The notes under the pieces were generated by a model. That model searched no databases. It saw only the letters and a program-made list of their open reading frames with translations, and had not been told where the DNA came from. Shown one piece after another: positions 29,402 through 39,422 of a stretch of 64,000 nt of DNA. Numbering within the stretch: position 1 is the first letter of the stretch; every line of letters starts with the position of its first letter. The stretch is taken from IMG/VR virus record IMGVR_UViG_3300025012_000028, positions 150,554 to 214,553 of that record, one strand, 5' to 3'. Position numbers and translations under genes: made by a program.

Positions 29402-32400
29402 TATATTGTTTCCACTTCTCTAACATTGGTGATGATAAATTGATTGAATTTAGTATCGAACTCTGTTTTGTCTGTTTTAAACCGTATAATATCCATTTGT
29501 ATATCGCTTGAGTTGTAATTCTCATATTTGAAAATATCACTCAATGGTGTGATGCCTCTACTCTCTGTGATATCATCCAATCTCTCATTGATCTTGGGAA
29601 ATAAATTCAACACTCCATTGTAGTAGTCTAATTCACCTATAGAAACATTGTGATGTACATCTTCCACATATATCACCATCACGTTATCTGTTTTTTGATC
29701 TACCTTTAGGTCTGCATTAAAACCTTCATTATTGATTTCTATTTTATTTAGTTGATAAACATTTGCTGGTTTTGCTTTGACCCAATTGGTTCCAGTATAA
29801 ATTAAGAGGTCTTTATGTTTGAAAAGTTTATTACCATTATATAATGGTACAGATAACCTAGAATCGTTATTGAAGTTTCCCGAATCAACCACTTCAACCA
29901 TATCTCCAACGTTTGCCGTCTGTGCATCAGCAATTGGTGTTAAACCCAATACTGAGAATTTTTTCCATAAATCATCACCACCGATATATATAATTTGTTC
30001 ACCCGAATTATATTGTGTGGTATTTGTTTGTCCATTGAAGTTTTTGTTTGGTGCTACATCGGATGATATTATTTCAAATACATCACCCATCTCAATATTA
30101 ATAGGAAATTCTGAATTAGAATTTACAACATCAATGTTATTCTCATATATATCATCATCGAAAATTTTCCATTTGTCAGATCCAATATAAATTATATAGT
30201 CTCCACCATTGAGAAGGTTGTCTGATGGTGGATTAACAAACTTCGAAAGTTGATCTGTGATATCAATATCTGCGACGATTTTGAAAATTTGATAATAGTA
30301 TGGTGTTTCGGGTAATGATTCAATGTCTGAAGTTGGTTCGGCATGAACATAAACACGATCATAATTGAAGTATTCTTGGACCGATCCGACCTTGAATGAT
30401 GCACCAGTACCAGTACCAACATAAGCCTCTATTTCTAATTCTTGATTTGATAAAAACCCATATGCCGAATATAAAACCAACACGGAACTCACTTTACCAG
30501 TAGTTTCCAATGAGTTTACATTGAATGATGCACCAGTACCAGCACCAATATAGGATTGGACAGTCAACAATTCGTTAGTCGAAAATCCATAATCGGAAGT
30601 AGAAATTGCAATTGAATTGATACCGGCATTTCCAACAGAACCTACTTTAAAAGTTGCACCAGTACCAGTACCACCATATGTCTCCACAGTTAAAACTTCA
30701 TTTATTAAGAAATTATAATCGGAAGAAGATATTGAGATGCTAGCAATTCCAAAACCCCCGTTCACTGTTATATTTCCAGATATCAAATCACCATTCAAGT
30801 TTTTAAGAACAATATTTTCTCCATTAATATACCCCTCACCATCTGTCATCAATGTGATTGATGTACACTTATATGTGACGTTAATGGTTCCAGCTACCAC
30901 ATCATTGTCCGTATTCTTTAATATAATAGATTCGTTTGCAACATATCCACTACCTTTGAGATTGATGTTGATTCCATTACATTTGTATGATGCTGTAATG
31001 AGTCCAGATGTCAAATTCCCCGAAGCATTTTTAAACTCAATATTTTCGCCCGAAATATAACCAGTTCCACCAGTCACCACTTCTATTTCGGAACATTTAA
31101 TTCCTATTAAATCGTTAATATTTTCAACCAGATACCAACCAACTCCAACTAACTTGTTCTCATCGTTGTTATAGATCATCAGGTCGCCATTAAAAACTTT
31201 CTTGCTTGTGATCGATTCCCAAGTCAGATCATTCTTTATGCGATATAAATTATCGATTTTGTTGGTTTCTAATGATGGATAAGTCACCGAAACACCTTCA
31301 ACATCATGTATTTGATCGACTATCACCTTCACCAACATATCATTTTCTAATTTTTTTGGTAGAAGTTGGCTAGAGTCTACAGTTTTAGCGACAAAATTGA
31401 CTGTCGTGGTGTCCATAATTTCTTCATTATATACAACATAATCCGAACCACTAGTAAATATATCACCCTGCTCAAAGTTGGTATTGAGTAGATTAAGATT
31501 TAAACAAGATACAGTTCTTTTTATTTGACATTTGGTCAACCCATCTTCCCCAACAAACCCAAAATCATTTGGAAAATAATTGATACCATGAACTCTATCA
31601 TATACGAAATCGGTAAATAAGTAATAATCGCCCTCTTCATTCTGTGAAAAATCTATATTATTAAAATTGGAAGAGTCAATATACCCCCTGAACTTTTCAA
31701 TAGAATTTATTTCTAAAACTGCCACAATTTTATTATTCAGTTTGATGTTGGAATAAATCGCATTTACATTTTCAAAAGACCAATTTGTAATCTTTGAACT
31801 CATATTTACAACATCATAATTTCCCGATGTGATTGAGACATTAAACAAATCATTCCTACTATCAATCAAGAGTTGTGATGTATATGTGTTAGTTAACAAC
31901 TCCAACGAATAACTATTTACAGAATTGGTGATAATTTTAAAAGGACTTTTATCGTTTTCATTACCATAAAATTGGTATTTGGTTTCATCTATACCGAAAT
32001 AAAATAAAAGATCTTCCTTCTGTATCGAAGTAATAGTGGGTGAACCATCAACAACTTTTAAGGTCGCCACTTCTTTATCTATAATTATACCACCAATTTC
32101 ATATGAAAAAACTATTTTTCTATTGATCACTGAACCTTCAGCAACTTCGACCACTTTGACCACAACATTTCTTTTGAAAGAATCTTGATAATTATAAGTT
32201 TTAAAATAAAGAGAGTCGGAAACCAAAACCAAATCTATGATTTTAACATTTTTTATATCCCTATTATAAATATTTCTATGTAAAGAAGGGTTTATAAGGC
32301 CACCCGACCCCGAAAATAAAGAACAGTCAGAAGGTGCGATATTCGTTTGAAGATAATTCAACAAAACCAGTTTTGAAATGTACTGATCAATAAAAATTTC

Positions 32401-34128
32401 TGATAAGGAATCGGTGGTTTTATTTAAAATATTCCAATCTTCTGTGGGGAGTAGTTCAGTTTTAATAATGTCTATATTAGTTTTGATAAAATTGGTCGAT
32501 TCGACAAAATTCCCTGTAGTGTCCCTCACATCAACAACCGGAAGATATAAAGCATTAGTAGTGTTTGTAATTCCCGAAACTGTATTATTGTTGATGATGA
32601 ATGAATGAACAAACTTAAGCTTATAAGATTTGATTGATTCTAAATCGTTGATATCGGAAATTGTAGATTCTCTGAAAGGAATCTGTAAAGCATTATATTT
32701 GCCGTCGTAATAATCTTTTAATAATTTCTTAACTTGTATTTTTATTTTATTTTTGGTTGTAGTTGTTAAGTCCTTATCAATCTCAATGGTTGGAATAACA
32801 TCAACCATGAGATAATTAGGATTCCAAAAGTGACGTTTGGTGGCTGTTACAACTCTCGATTTGATTTTGGCAATTATCTCATTCTTTATATTGGATGATA
32901 TATAAATATTATTATCATTCAAGAATTCAGATATATTGAATGTTGGAGTTAGACAGAAATATATATTACCTAACTTAGAGTCATCTGGAAATAGTTCATC
33001 CCCACCGATGACAGAATAAGAACCAACACCATCCGTATTGGAAAGTTCAAATAGATAATCATAAGTTTTAGTTATACTTCCACCAGACGCATATACTTTC
33101 GGTGCGCTGAATTTAATGCTATCTAAGGATTCAACATCAGATCCTCCTGAAGATTTGTTATATATATTTTGATATAAAGTAGTTTCGAAGTTATTAATAT
33201 TGAAGTTGTTTCCTATTGACAACTTACTCACATCATAATAAACGTAAGTATTCGGTAAACCATCTTTGGTTAAAGATGGTGGAAGTGATGTTAAGTTCTC
33301 ATTGTTTGCAGCATAACCTTTCGTTTCGAAGTATTCACATATAATGACGTCTGTATCTGAGGGTACAGTCGCATTCACATTGGAATTACCAAATACAATC
33401 CTTGGAAAACCTTCTAAGGTAATATCTTCCTCAAGATAAAAAATCTTTGAAGAAAATATTTCATTGAAGTTTTTAATTAAAGACCATTTATAATCCAACA
33501 ATTCGTTGATGCGATAAGGCTGTTCTAATAAGTTATATTCTGCCAGTTTTGACATCGGTACTACGAAGAGAGAGAAATTTTCCTCATCCACATTTTTATT
33601 GTTAATGAGGAATGAAAAATTAGATTCTCCTGTTGGATAAGTAATATTATACTGAAATGATCCTTGGGATAGAAGGTATTCACCCTCCAACTCCGTAGGA
33701 TTACCATTGTACTTAAGTTCAATGGGTTGCATATTGAAGTATATGTTTCCAAAACTACCTTGGAAGGGCGAACGAGAATAGATGATCAACTTACTATTCT
33801 CGTTGAAGTTACTTCCATTGTAGACCAGTTTCCCGCTGAATTTTGCAGAGTAAGGACGTTTGGGTGTATAGTTAAGTTCCTTAGCCTTGGAAACCCCATT
33901 CTTTCGAATCTCCGTCGAATCCAGAAAGATGTTATTCGCCAAAAGAGAAGTATTAAACCCCTCGATCATGGCGATATACGACATACTATCAATAAAATAA
34001 CTTAGGTTACTAGAACTAAAATCGAATTGACCACCATTTAGCGTGGAGTCGGACGATTTCTGGTTAAAGTATTCGATTGTCTGTTTTTTAATGTCCTGAA
34101 ATTTTAAAAGATTGAGCGCCAATTTCAT
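29401..34128 (-). CDS. gp6: Baseplate wedge protein gp6, greatly extended
   Basis: L.FQDIK, FDF.SSNLS..ID.MSY, FLDS..IR..VS.AK.LNY.P, GGSD.ESLDSIK..AP. Confidence 0.85.
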   Translation of the reverse strand: MKLALNLLKFQDIKKQTIEYFNQKSSDSTLNGGQFDFSSSNLSYFIDSMSYIAMIEGFNTSLLANNIFLDSTEIRKNGVSKAKELNYTPKRPYSAKFSGKLVYNGSNFNENSKLIIYSRSPFQGSFGNIYFNMQPIELKYNGNPTELEGEYLLSQGSFQYNITYPTGESNFSFLINNKNVDEENFSLFVVPMSKLAEYNLLEQPYRINELLDYKWSLIKNFNEIFSSKIFYLEEDITLEGFPRIVFGNSNVNATVPSDTDVIICEYFETKGYAANNENLTSLPPSLTKDGLPNTYVYYDVSKLSIGNNFNINNFETTLYQNIYNKSSGGSDVESLDSIKFSAPKVYASGGSITKTYDYLFELSNTDGVGSYSVIGGDELFPDDSKLGNIYFCLTPTFNISEFLNDNNIYISSNIKNEIIAKIKSRVVTATKRHFWNPNYLMVDVIPTIEIDKDLTTTTKNKIKIQVKKLLKDYYDGKYNALQIPFRESTISDINDLESIKSYKLKFVHSFIINNNTVSGITNTTNALYLPVVDVRDTTGNFVESTNFIKTNIDIIKTELLPTEDWNILNKTTDSLSEIFIDQYISKLVLLNYLQTNIAPSDCSLFSGSGGLINPSLHRNIYNRDIKNVKIIDLVLVSDSLYFKTYNYQDSFKRNVVVKVVEVAEGSVINRKIVFSYEIGGIIIDKEVATLKVVDGSPTITSIQKEDLLFYFGIDETKYQFYGNENDKSPFKIITNSVNSYSLELLTNTYTSQLLIDSRNDLFNVSITSGNYDVVNMSSKITNWSFENVNAIYSNIKLNNKIVAVLEINSIEKFRGYIDSSNFNNIDFSQNEEGDYYLFTDFVYDRVHGINYFPNDFGFVGEDGLTKCQIKRTVSCLNLNLLNTNFEQGDIFTSGSDYVVYNEEIMDTTTVNFVAKTVDSSQLLPKKLENDMLVKVIVDQIHDVEGVSVTYPSLETNKIDNLYRIKNDLTWESITSKKVFNGDLMIYNNDENKLVGVGWYLVENINDLIGIKCSEIEVVTGGTGYISGENIEFKNASGNLTSGLITASYKCNGININLKGSGYVANESIILKNTDNDVVAGTINVTYKCTSITLMTDGEGYINGENIVLKNLNGDLISGNITVNGGFGIASISISSSDYNFLINEVLTVETYGGTGTGATFKVGSVGNAGINSIAISTSDYGFSTNELLTVQSYIGAGTGASFNVNSLETTGKVSSVLVLYSAYGFLSNQELEIEAYVGTGTGASFKVGSVQEYFNYDRVYVHAEPTSDIESLPETPYYYQIFKIVADIDITDQLSKFVNPPSDNLLNGGDYIIYIGSDKWKIFDDDIYENNIDVVNSNSEFPINIEMGDVFEIISSDVAPNKNFNGQTNTTQYNSGEQIIYIGGDDLWKKFSVLGLTPIADAQTANVGDMVEVVDSGNFNNDSRLSVPLYNGNKLFKHKDLLIYTGTNWVKAKPANVYQLNKIEINNEGFNADLKVDQKTDNVMVIYVEDVHHNVSIGELDYYNGVLNLFPKINERLDDITESRGITPLSDIFKYENYNSSDIQMDIIRFKTDKTEFDTKFNQFIITNVREVETI

Positions 34129-34160
34129 GTGGAGGTTACCTTATTTTGGTTGTTTGTATT

Positions 34161-34168
34161 TATTTATA
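34161..34168 (-). promoter_or_regulatory. T4-type late promoter TATAAATA
   Basis: Exact consensus upstream of gp6. Confidence 0.7.
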
Positions 34169-36266
34169 CTGTAGTTCCTGATCCATCTTTCCAGACTGTA
34201 CCATTCCATACTATGAGTTTATTTAATGTAGTATCAAAATGTTGTTGAAATGATGTTGGGTATATTGGTCGGTAATTTGTGGACGATGCGGGCAATATCA
34301 TTTGGTTGTAACCAATTAAGGTTGTGTCGGACACAAGTTTAATTCGTCCATGACTTTCATTTATAAGACTGTTATTTACGCCATCAACATCCCTAATATG
34401 AATTTCATATGCTCCACCAACAATTTTATATGAATTATCTTTAAATATACTACCCACAGCTTTTTCGGTATCTATGACCCTAGTTACATTTTTTACATCA
34501 AAAATATTATTGGTCACTTTCATATTAATTACTGTCAAGTGATTGGGGTGTGATCCGGTGATTGAAATACCTCTAGCATATATGAGATTGTCAGTAGTAT
34601 ATTCGTTCAAAATGCAGCTAAAAATATTATTGGATATAATTGTATTGATGCCATTATAATTTAAAATTCCGCCCAGTCGAAACACATTATTGGAAATGAT
34701 TGTATTTTTTGCACTATATATCTGAATACAATACTGTTCAGTATTTGAGACCGGATCAGAATTTGGTGTTGGTTCATTACTAAAATAGAGTATATTATTT
34801 GAGATGGTTGTATTATGTTCTATTGTGTTTTCATCCAATCCAGTAGCATCCCATTCTGCTTGTGTTGGTACATATTTCCAACTTCCATAACTAAATGAAC
34901 TGTATGATGTAGAATCAATACCAGTAAGGGAAAAATTATTGGAATCAATAACTAATATCACCGCACTTGCCCCATTAATTTGTGTCATACCCCAATTTGC
35001 GCTTGTGGTAATTTTTACGGTCTGACCAGTGGTGCGCCCATGACCCGTACTGTTTACGACCGCAGGGTTGGCGTTGGTAATGTTTTGAATGGTTGCGGTT
35101 GGTTGAAGTGGTTCGTCCCACAATTTATTGACAAATATATTAGCCACTTTATTATCGTAAATAATATTATTTGAAATTGTAACATGACCTACCATATCAT
35201 TTGGATAATCGTAAGACTCGCCAGCATTAATACCATAGTAATTGTCATGTATATGAGCACCAGTTATAGATAAGTTAAGTGCTCCTTGATGTACCCCAAT
35301 ACCAGAGTCGTGTATATTGTGGTGCCAGTGACCACCAATTATAGTAATTCCTATAACTTTACCTGAGTGCAATCCTTTCTTGCCGTTATGGTGTGAGTGA
35401 ACATTTATAAAAGAACAACCATCAGCACCAATAGGAACACCACACCCATTTCCAGTTATATTACGACACTCAACATTTTCGAGAGTACCGTTATCTGCAA
35501 GAAAGGAGACGCCATAATTGGCGTTGGCATTCCACAGCCAACTGCTATTGGTTCCGCCTGTTTCGGTCCAGTTACCATCAGCAGTCAGGCCGGATACTGT
35601 TGAACCTACCGCAGTTACAGAAATGACAGTAAAAGCAGAAGATGTAGCATCAAAAGGTAAACCTGTTATCGTACTAGTACCAGTTTTGATTGGTGCATAG
35701 TCCATAATTTTGATTATTGTATTTCCTGCACCAACTCCTTTTAAATTGACCCCCTCTTTATTGAGTGACACTTCATCCGAAATAATGTAAGTTTTACCCC
35801 TCAAAAGGACTTCACCCCGAACTACAGATTGAATTGCTTTATTAATCTCTATTTGGTCCGATACACCATCTATTCCCCACCACTCAGGTCGTGCCTCACT
35901 CAAATTCTGAATCAAACCCAATCCTTTGAAACAATCATCAGAACCCTTAAATAATCCATTAATAGTCACATCGTTACTATTATTTAAAGCCCCACCAGCC
36001 ATATATATATCTGCGTTTAATGTGGTCGGCACAACTGTCCATTCTTTATAGATAAAGAGAGTTTTATTTGAGGCTAGAGCAACGCTATCTGCCTCACTTA
36101 ACGTTTCAAATTCTAAATCACTTATCCACCCTACTCGACCATCCAACAGTACAATTTTATCATATAAATATAAAAAGTTTTCATCCATCTCATCCATCGT
36201 CAGCGGAATTAATGATTTAGTTATATCATCTTCTATTCTGTCGGTTGATCTAGTTCTTAATGTCAT
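34164..36266 (-). CDS. Tailspike, beta-helix
   Basis: PLT.DEMDENF attachment motif, PEWWG, ISNNI repeats. Confidence 0.85.
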   Translation of the reverse strand: MTLRTRSTDRIEDDITKSLIPLTMDEMDENFLYLYDKIVLLDGRVGWISDLEFETLSEADSVALASNKTLFIYKEWTVVPTTLNADIYMAGGALNNSNDVTINGLFKGSDDCFKGLGLIQNLSEARPEWWGIDGVSDQIEINKAIQSVVRGEVLLRGKTYIISDEVSLNKEGVNLKGVGAGNTIIKIMDYAPIKTGTSTITGLPFDATSSAFTVISVTAVGSTVSGLTADGNWTETGGTNSSWLWNANANYGVSFLADNGTLENVECRNITGNGCGVPIGADGCSFINVHSHHNGKKGLHSGKVIGITIIGGHWHHNIHDSGIGVHQGALNLSITGAHIHDNYYGINAGESYDYPNDMVGHVTISNNIIYDNKVANIFVNKLWDEPLQPTATIQNITNANPAVVNSTGHGRTTGQTVKITTSANWGMTQINGASAVILVIDSNNFSLTGIDSTSYSSFSYGSWKYVPTQAEWDATGLDENTIEHNTTISNNILYFSNEPTPNSDPVSNTEQYCIQIYSAKNTIISNNVFRLGGILNYNGINTIISNNIFSCILNEYTTDNLIYARGISITGSHPNHLTVINMKVTNNIFDVKNVTRVIDTEKAVGSIFKDNSYKIVGGAYEIHIRDVDGVNNSLINESHGRIKLVSDTTLIGYNQMILPASSTNYRPIYPTSFQQHFDTTLNKLIVWNGTVWKDGSGTTV

Positions 36267-36275
36267 TTTTTACTC

Positions 36276-36659
36276 CTATCTAATACTTTTAAAATCTATA
36301 ACCATTTCTTGATTAGAGTTTGTAAAATTAATTTCAAAATTCAAATAAATGATATATGTTTGTAGATCTTCATCACCAATTACTTGAACTTGTATATTAT
36401 TTATTCTGGGTTCATATCTTTTTAGTCCCATTTCGATATCTATCTTCATCATTGCTGCACTCAAATCATCAATAGGATCAAATAGATAACGATCCAAATC
36501 CAAACCTATTTCTGGGTTCATGGGAACTGTGAATGGTTGGGTTTGAAAAAGATTCATGATAGATTCTTTTACTGTTTGTTCGTTAGTGAGCATGGGAATA
36601 TCTTTAGTTCCCAATAAATCTCTACCCTTCTTAGAAATGTCATAGTAATAAATTGTCAT
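36276..36659 (-). CDS. gp25: Baseplate wedge subunit
   Basis: VKESIMNL..T...PMNPE.G..L..YLF.P, YEPRI. Confidence 0.9.
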   Translation of the reverse strand: MTIYYYDISKKGRDLLGTKDIPMLTNEQTVKESIMNLFQTQPFTVPMNPEIGLDLDRYLFDPIDDLSAAMMKIDIEMGLKRYEPRINNIQVQVIGDEDLQTYIIYLNFEINFTNSNQEMVIDFKSIR

Positions 36660-36683
36660 ATCGAACCTTATTTTAGTTTCTCT

Positions 36684-36691
36684 TATTTATA
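36684..36691 (-). promoter_or_regulatory. T4-type late promoter TATAAATA
   Basis: Exact consensus upstream of gp25, right after terminator. Confidence 0.8.
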
Positions 36692-36723
36692 AAAAGAAAA
36701 GCCCCCAAGATTTTCTTGGGGGC
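36691..36723 (-). terminator. Intrinsic terminator after gp32
   Basis: gcccccaag...cttgggggc stem plus T-rich tract on minus strand. Confidence 0.85.
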
Positions 36724-36752
36724 CAATTGCATTGCAAGGAGGTTCGGATTTG

Positions 36753-37733
36753 TTATTTGATTGCGTGTTTGAAGAATTCATCATCTTCATCTTCGGCTGA
36801 AGATGAAGTGCTGGTTGAAGTTTCAGGAGCAGCTTCAGAAGAAGTAGCCGTAGAATCAGAACCAAAATCAGGAATCTGATCATCTTCGCCGGAACCGAAG
36901 AAGTTATCAAGTCCCTCTCCGGTTTCGGGTTCTTCAGGTTCGCCACCACCCTCTTCTTCACGTTCTTCAATGGACATACCAAACACATGACCAACGAGAG
37001 CAATCACTTCATCGTTGGTAGGATATTTGGTTGGATCGATAAATTCATCCAGCAGAACTGATTTATCCATGACCGCATCAATTTTAGCTTCATCACCACC
37101 CATAAACGCTTTCTGGGGCATGAATCTAGATTCTGCATAGGAAGGGATAGACGTACCATTATCGAACTTTCCATTCTCCTTAGACGTAAGGAAGAAGTCT
37201 GCACCATCAAACAGATCGCAAGGAACGAATTCGATGAAATCCGGTGCTTCTTTATCCTTGTCGGTGGGGAACATTTTCTGTTTGTACTTGGCGATTACAG
37301 GTGCCATATCATAAAGAAAAGTTTTACCTTCATCATCGGGACGATCAGAATGTTTGATTACGTGAAGGTTGCAAACAAAATGCTCTTTCCTGCAAAGCTT
37401 CTTACCTTCTTTTTTGTCGGACTCAAAAGCGGATTCGTGATATTCCCAAGACTTCTTGCAGATCGGACATTCCTTTTCATACCCAAAGGTGTTGATGCAT
37501 TTTTTCCAATACTTCTTCTTCTCTTTTTTATCATTGGTGTAATCGAAAGAGTGATCCAGATACTTCACGAAAGGAGTACCATCGGGAGCCGGAAGGAAAC
37601 GGATCAGAGCGGAACAAACACCATCTTTGAAAACTGGACGCCAAAACCTTTCATCTTTGGTAAACCCTTTCTTTTCATCATCCTTCTTCAGCTTCTCTTT
37701 CACTTCGGTAAAATCGAATCGATATTTACTCAT
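36753..37733 (-). CDS. gp32: Single-stranded DNA-binding protein
   Basis: DERFW, IRFLPA, H.F, C..T.G...CPIC, GADF.L, SY.ES.F, acidic tail. Confidence 0.93.
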   Translation of the reverse strand: MSKYRFDFTEVKEKLKKDDEKKGFTKDERFWRPVFKDGVCSALIRFLPAPDGTPFVKYLDHSFDYTNDKKEKKKYWKKCINTFGYEKECPICKKSWEYHESAFESDKKEGKKLCRKEHFVCNLHVIKHSDRPDDEGKTFLYDMAPVIAKYKQKMFPTDKDKEAPDFIEFVPCDLFDGADFFLTSKENGKFDNGTSIPSYAESRFMPQKAFMGGDEAKIDAVMDKSVLLDEFIDPTKYPTNDEVIALVGHVFGMSIEEREEEGGGEPEEPETGEGLDNFFGSGEDDQIPDFGSDSTATSSEAAPETSTSTSSSAEDEDDEFFKHAIK

Positions 37734-37800
37734 CTTTACTTCTCCTTTTGTTACTGCACATTGGCAGTTTAAATTACTAGCGAAAGGCTAGTTTATAAAT

Positions 37801-38334
37801 TTAATTAGATGGAAAATTTAACCAAGCAAACTCACCATATTCTTTTAATACCGCATCATCATAAGCTTTTGCTGCTTCAAGTTCGGTCGCATAATGACCA
37901 ACATGTTTACCTTTACTTTTTATTTTTCCAGCTTCATCTACAAAAGTTATACTAATTCTGACTTTATATTTGTTGGGAGTTTTGTGGTGCTTGTAATAAC
38001 TCACTCCTTTATATTTAGATGTACAATCTTTTCCACTATACATTTTTTGTTTTCTTGTATTATATTGATTTTGTCTATCAGTAACCAATCTTAAATTAGA
38101 CTTTGTGTTATCTAACAAATTGTTATTAATGTGGTCTATTTCATTAACTGAATCATAAAAATTTAAAATAAACCTATGTAAATACACCTGTGGGGTGTTG
38201 CGCTCAATTGTGGCTCTAACATATCCTCTAGTGCTTACATACCATTTATGTCGATTAACTCTGTCGTAATCTTCATCGGAAACCAGTGTTACTTTACCTT
38301 TTCCATGTTTACCATTGAGTTTAATTTCTTTCAT
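37801..38334 (-). mobile_element. HNH-AP2 homing endonuclease
   Basis: LHRFI, DHINNN.LDN.KSNLR, SKYKGV, EAAKAYD.A...YGEFA.LNF. Confidence 0.9.
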
Positions 38335-38581
38335 ATAAATATGAAATCACTTCCTTCCTTTTTTCAAAATTGTTTTGAGATAAATCTATTTTGGTATATA
38401 AAACCACCATTTCTACCCACATCTCTTCGAGCGAATCAATGAAGGATTCTACCAAAGATATTGGAAACGACACGAAAGGAACTAAGATAATATATGTGAA
38501 GATTCCATAACAGACCCACAAATAATAATTCCAGAAAAGAAATTTAACAATATATTTCATTTTACTTTCCTTTGTTTCCAA
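38321..38581 (-). CDS. Hypothetical membrane protein
   Basis: Hydrophobic N-half. Confidence 0.45.
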   Translation of the reverse strand: METKESKMKYIVKFLFWNYYLWVCYGIFTYIILVPFVSFPISLVESFIDSLEEMWVEMVVLYTKIDLSQNNFEKRKEVISYLYERN

Positions 38582-38651
38582 AGTCTAATAATTTTTCTTA
38601 TGCGCGAAAAGAAAACACCATCAACTCTATCTGTTCCAAACCAGAATTCTT

Positions 38652-38876
38652 TCATTCAAAGAAATCTTTTAGAGAGTTTTCAATTTTATCTCTGGATAAA
38701 AATTTCTTAGCTTTGAATTCTGTTTTTACCTTTTCCAGTAAGATTGGATGAAGAAGTTCAACAACATCTTCGAAGTCGTAGATTCCCTTTTCTTCACATA
38801 GATTAATGATTGCTTCTATGTAGCCACCATCACGTAATGCTCTGGCTTCTATATCCATATTAAAATTATCAATCAT
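38652..38876 (-). CDS. gp33: Late transcription co-activator
   Basis: YIEAI..LCEE.GI, L...L.EKVK.E; between rnh and gp32 as in T4. Confidence 0.75.
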   Translation of the reverse strand: MIDNFNMDIEARALRDGGYIEAIINLCEEKGIYDFEDVVELLHPILLEKVKTEFKAKKFLSRDKIENSLKDFFE

Positions 38877-39126
38877 TCTGCTTCTCCTGCTGATCCATAT
38901 ACCAATCGTGTTGCTGTGCAACAGACTCCATTTCATCGAAATAAATTAAAGCACAATGCAAACGACAAATAAGATCTTTGACTTCTTCGGGAGAAAGATC
39001 ATAACCACTGACATATTGGTCATCGTTGGTTTTGATCATCAGACCAATCTTACCAATTTCCCACATGTTTTGAGCATCAATAAAACCTTCTATTTTTTTC
39101 CCTTCTTCATCTCTTTTTATAAACAT
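38869..39126 (-). CDS. Hypothetical protein
   Basis: ORF track. Confidence 0.5.
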   Translation of the reverse strand: MFIKRDEEGKKIEGFIDAQNMWEIGKIGLMIKTNDDQYVSGYDLSPEEVKDLICRLHCALIYFDEMESVAQQHDWYMDQQEKQND

Positions 39127-39422
39127 TCTTTCCCCGCTTCGTTAGTTCCACACATTTCAGGATAACCACAACATTCATCTATCGCTTGATCTTTATCATA
39201 ATACAAACAACATATAAATGTATCGGAACAGAATGGATGATCGTAAATTTTCCCATCATGTAACCACACAGAATTCTTCTTCCACTTAAATCCATTCCAA
39301 CATTTCTGTGAATCAAATTTGGGAATAGGAGTTGCGTTATCTACATGACCATCTTCGATATGATTGTGTTCATATTCCTTCCGGTCTGCGTTGTACTTAT
39401 ACCATATTGTGATAGGTTTCAT
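39117..39422 (-). CDS. Hypothetical protein
   Basis: ORF track. Confidence 0.5.
   Translation of the reverse strand: MKPITIWYKYNADRKEYEHNHIEDGHVDNATPIPKFDSQKCWNGFKWKKNSVWLHDGKIYDHPFCSDTFICCLYYDKDQAIDECCGYPEMCGTNEAGKECL

Noticed and set aside
36683-37003. 106-aa alternative-frame ORF overlapping gp32
   Set aside because: Frame shadow of the low-complexity acidic tail; crosses the terminator
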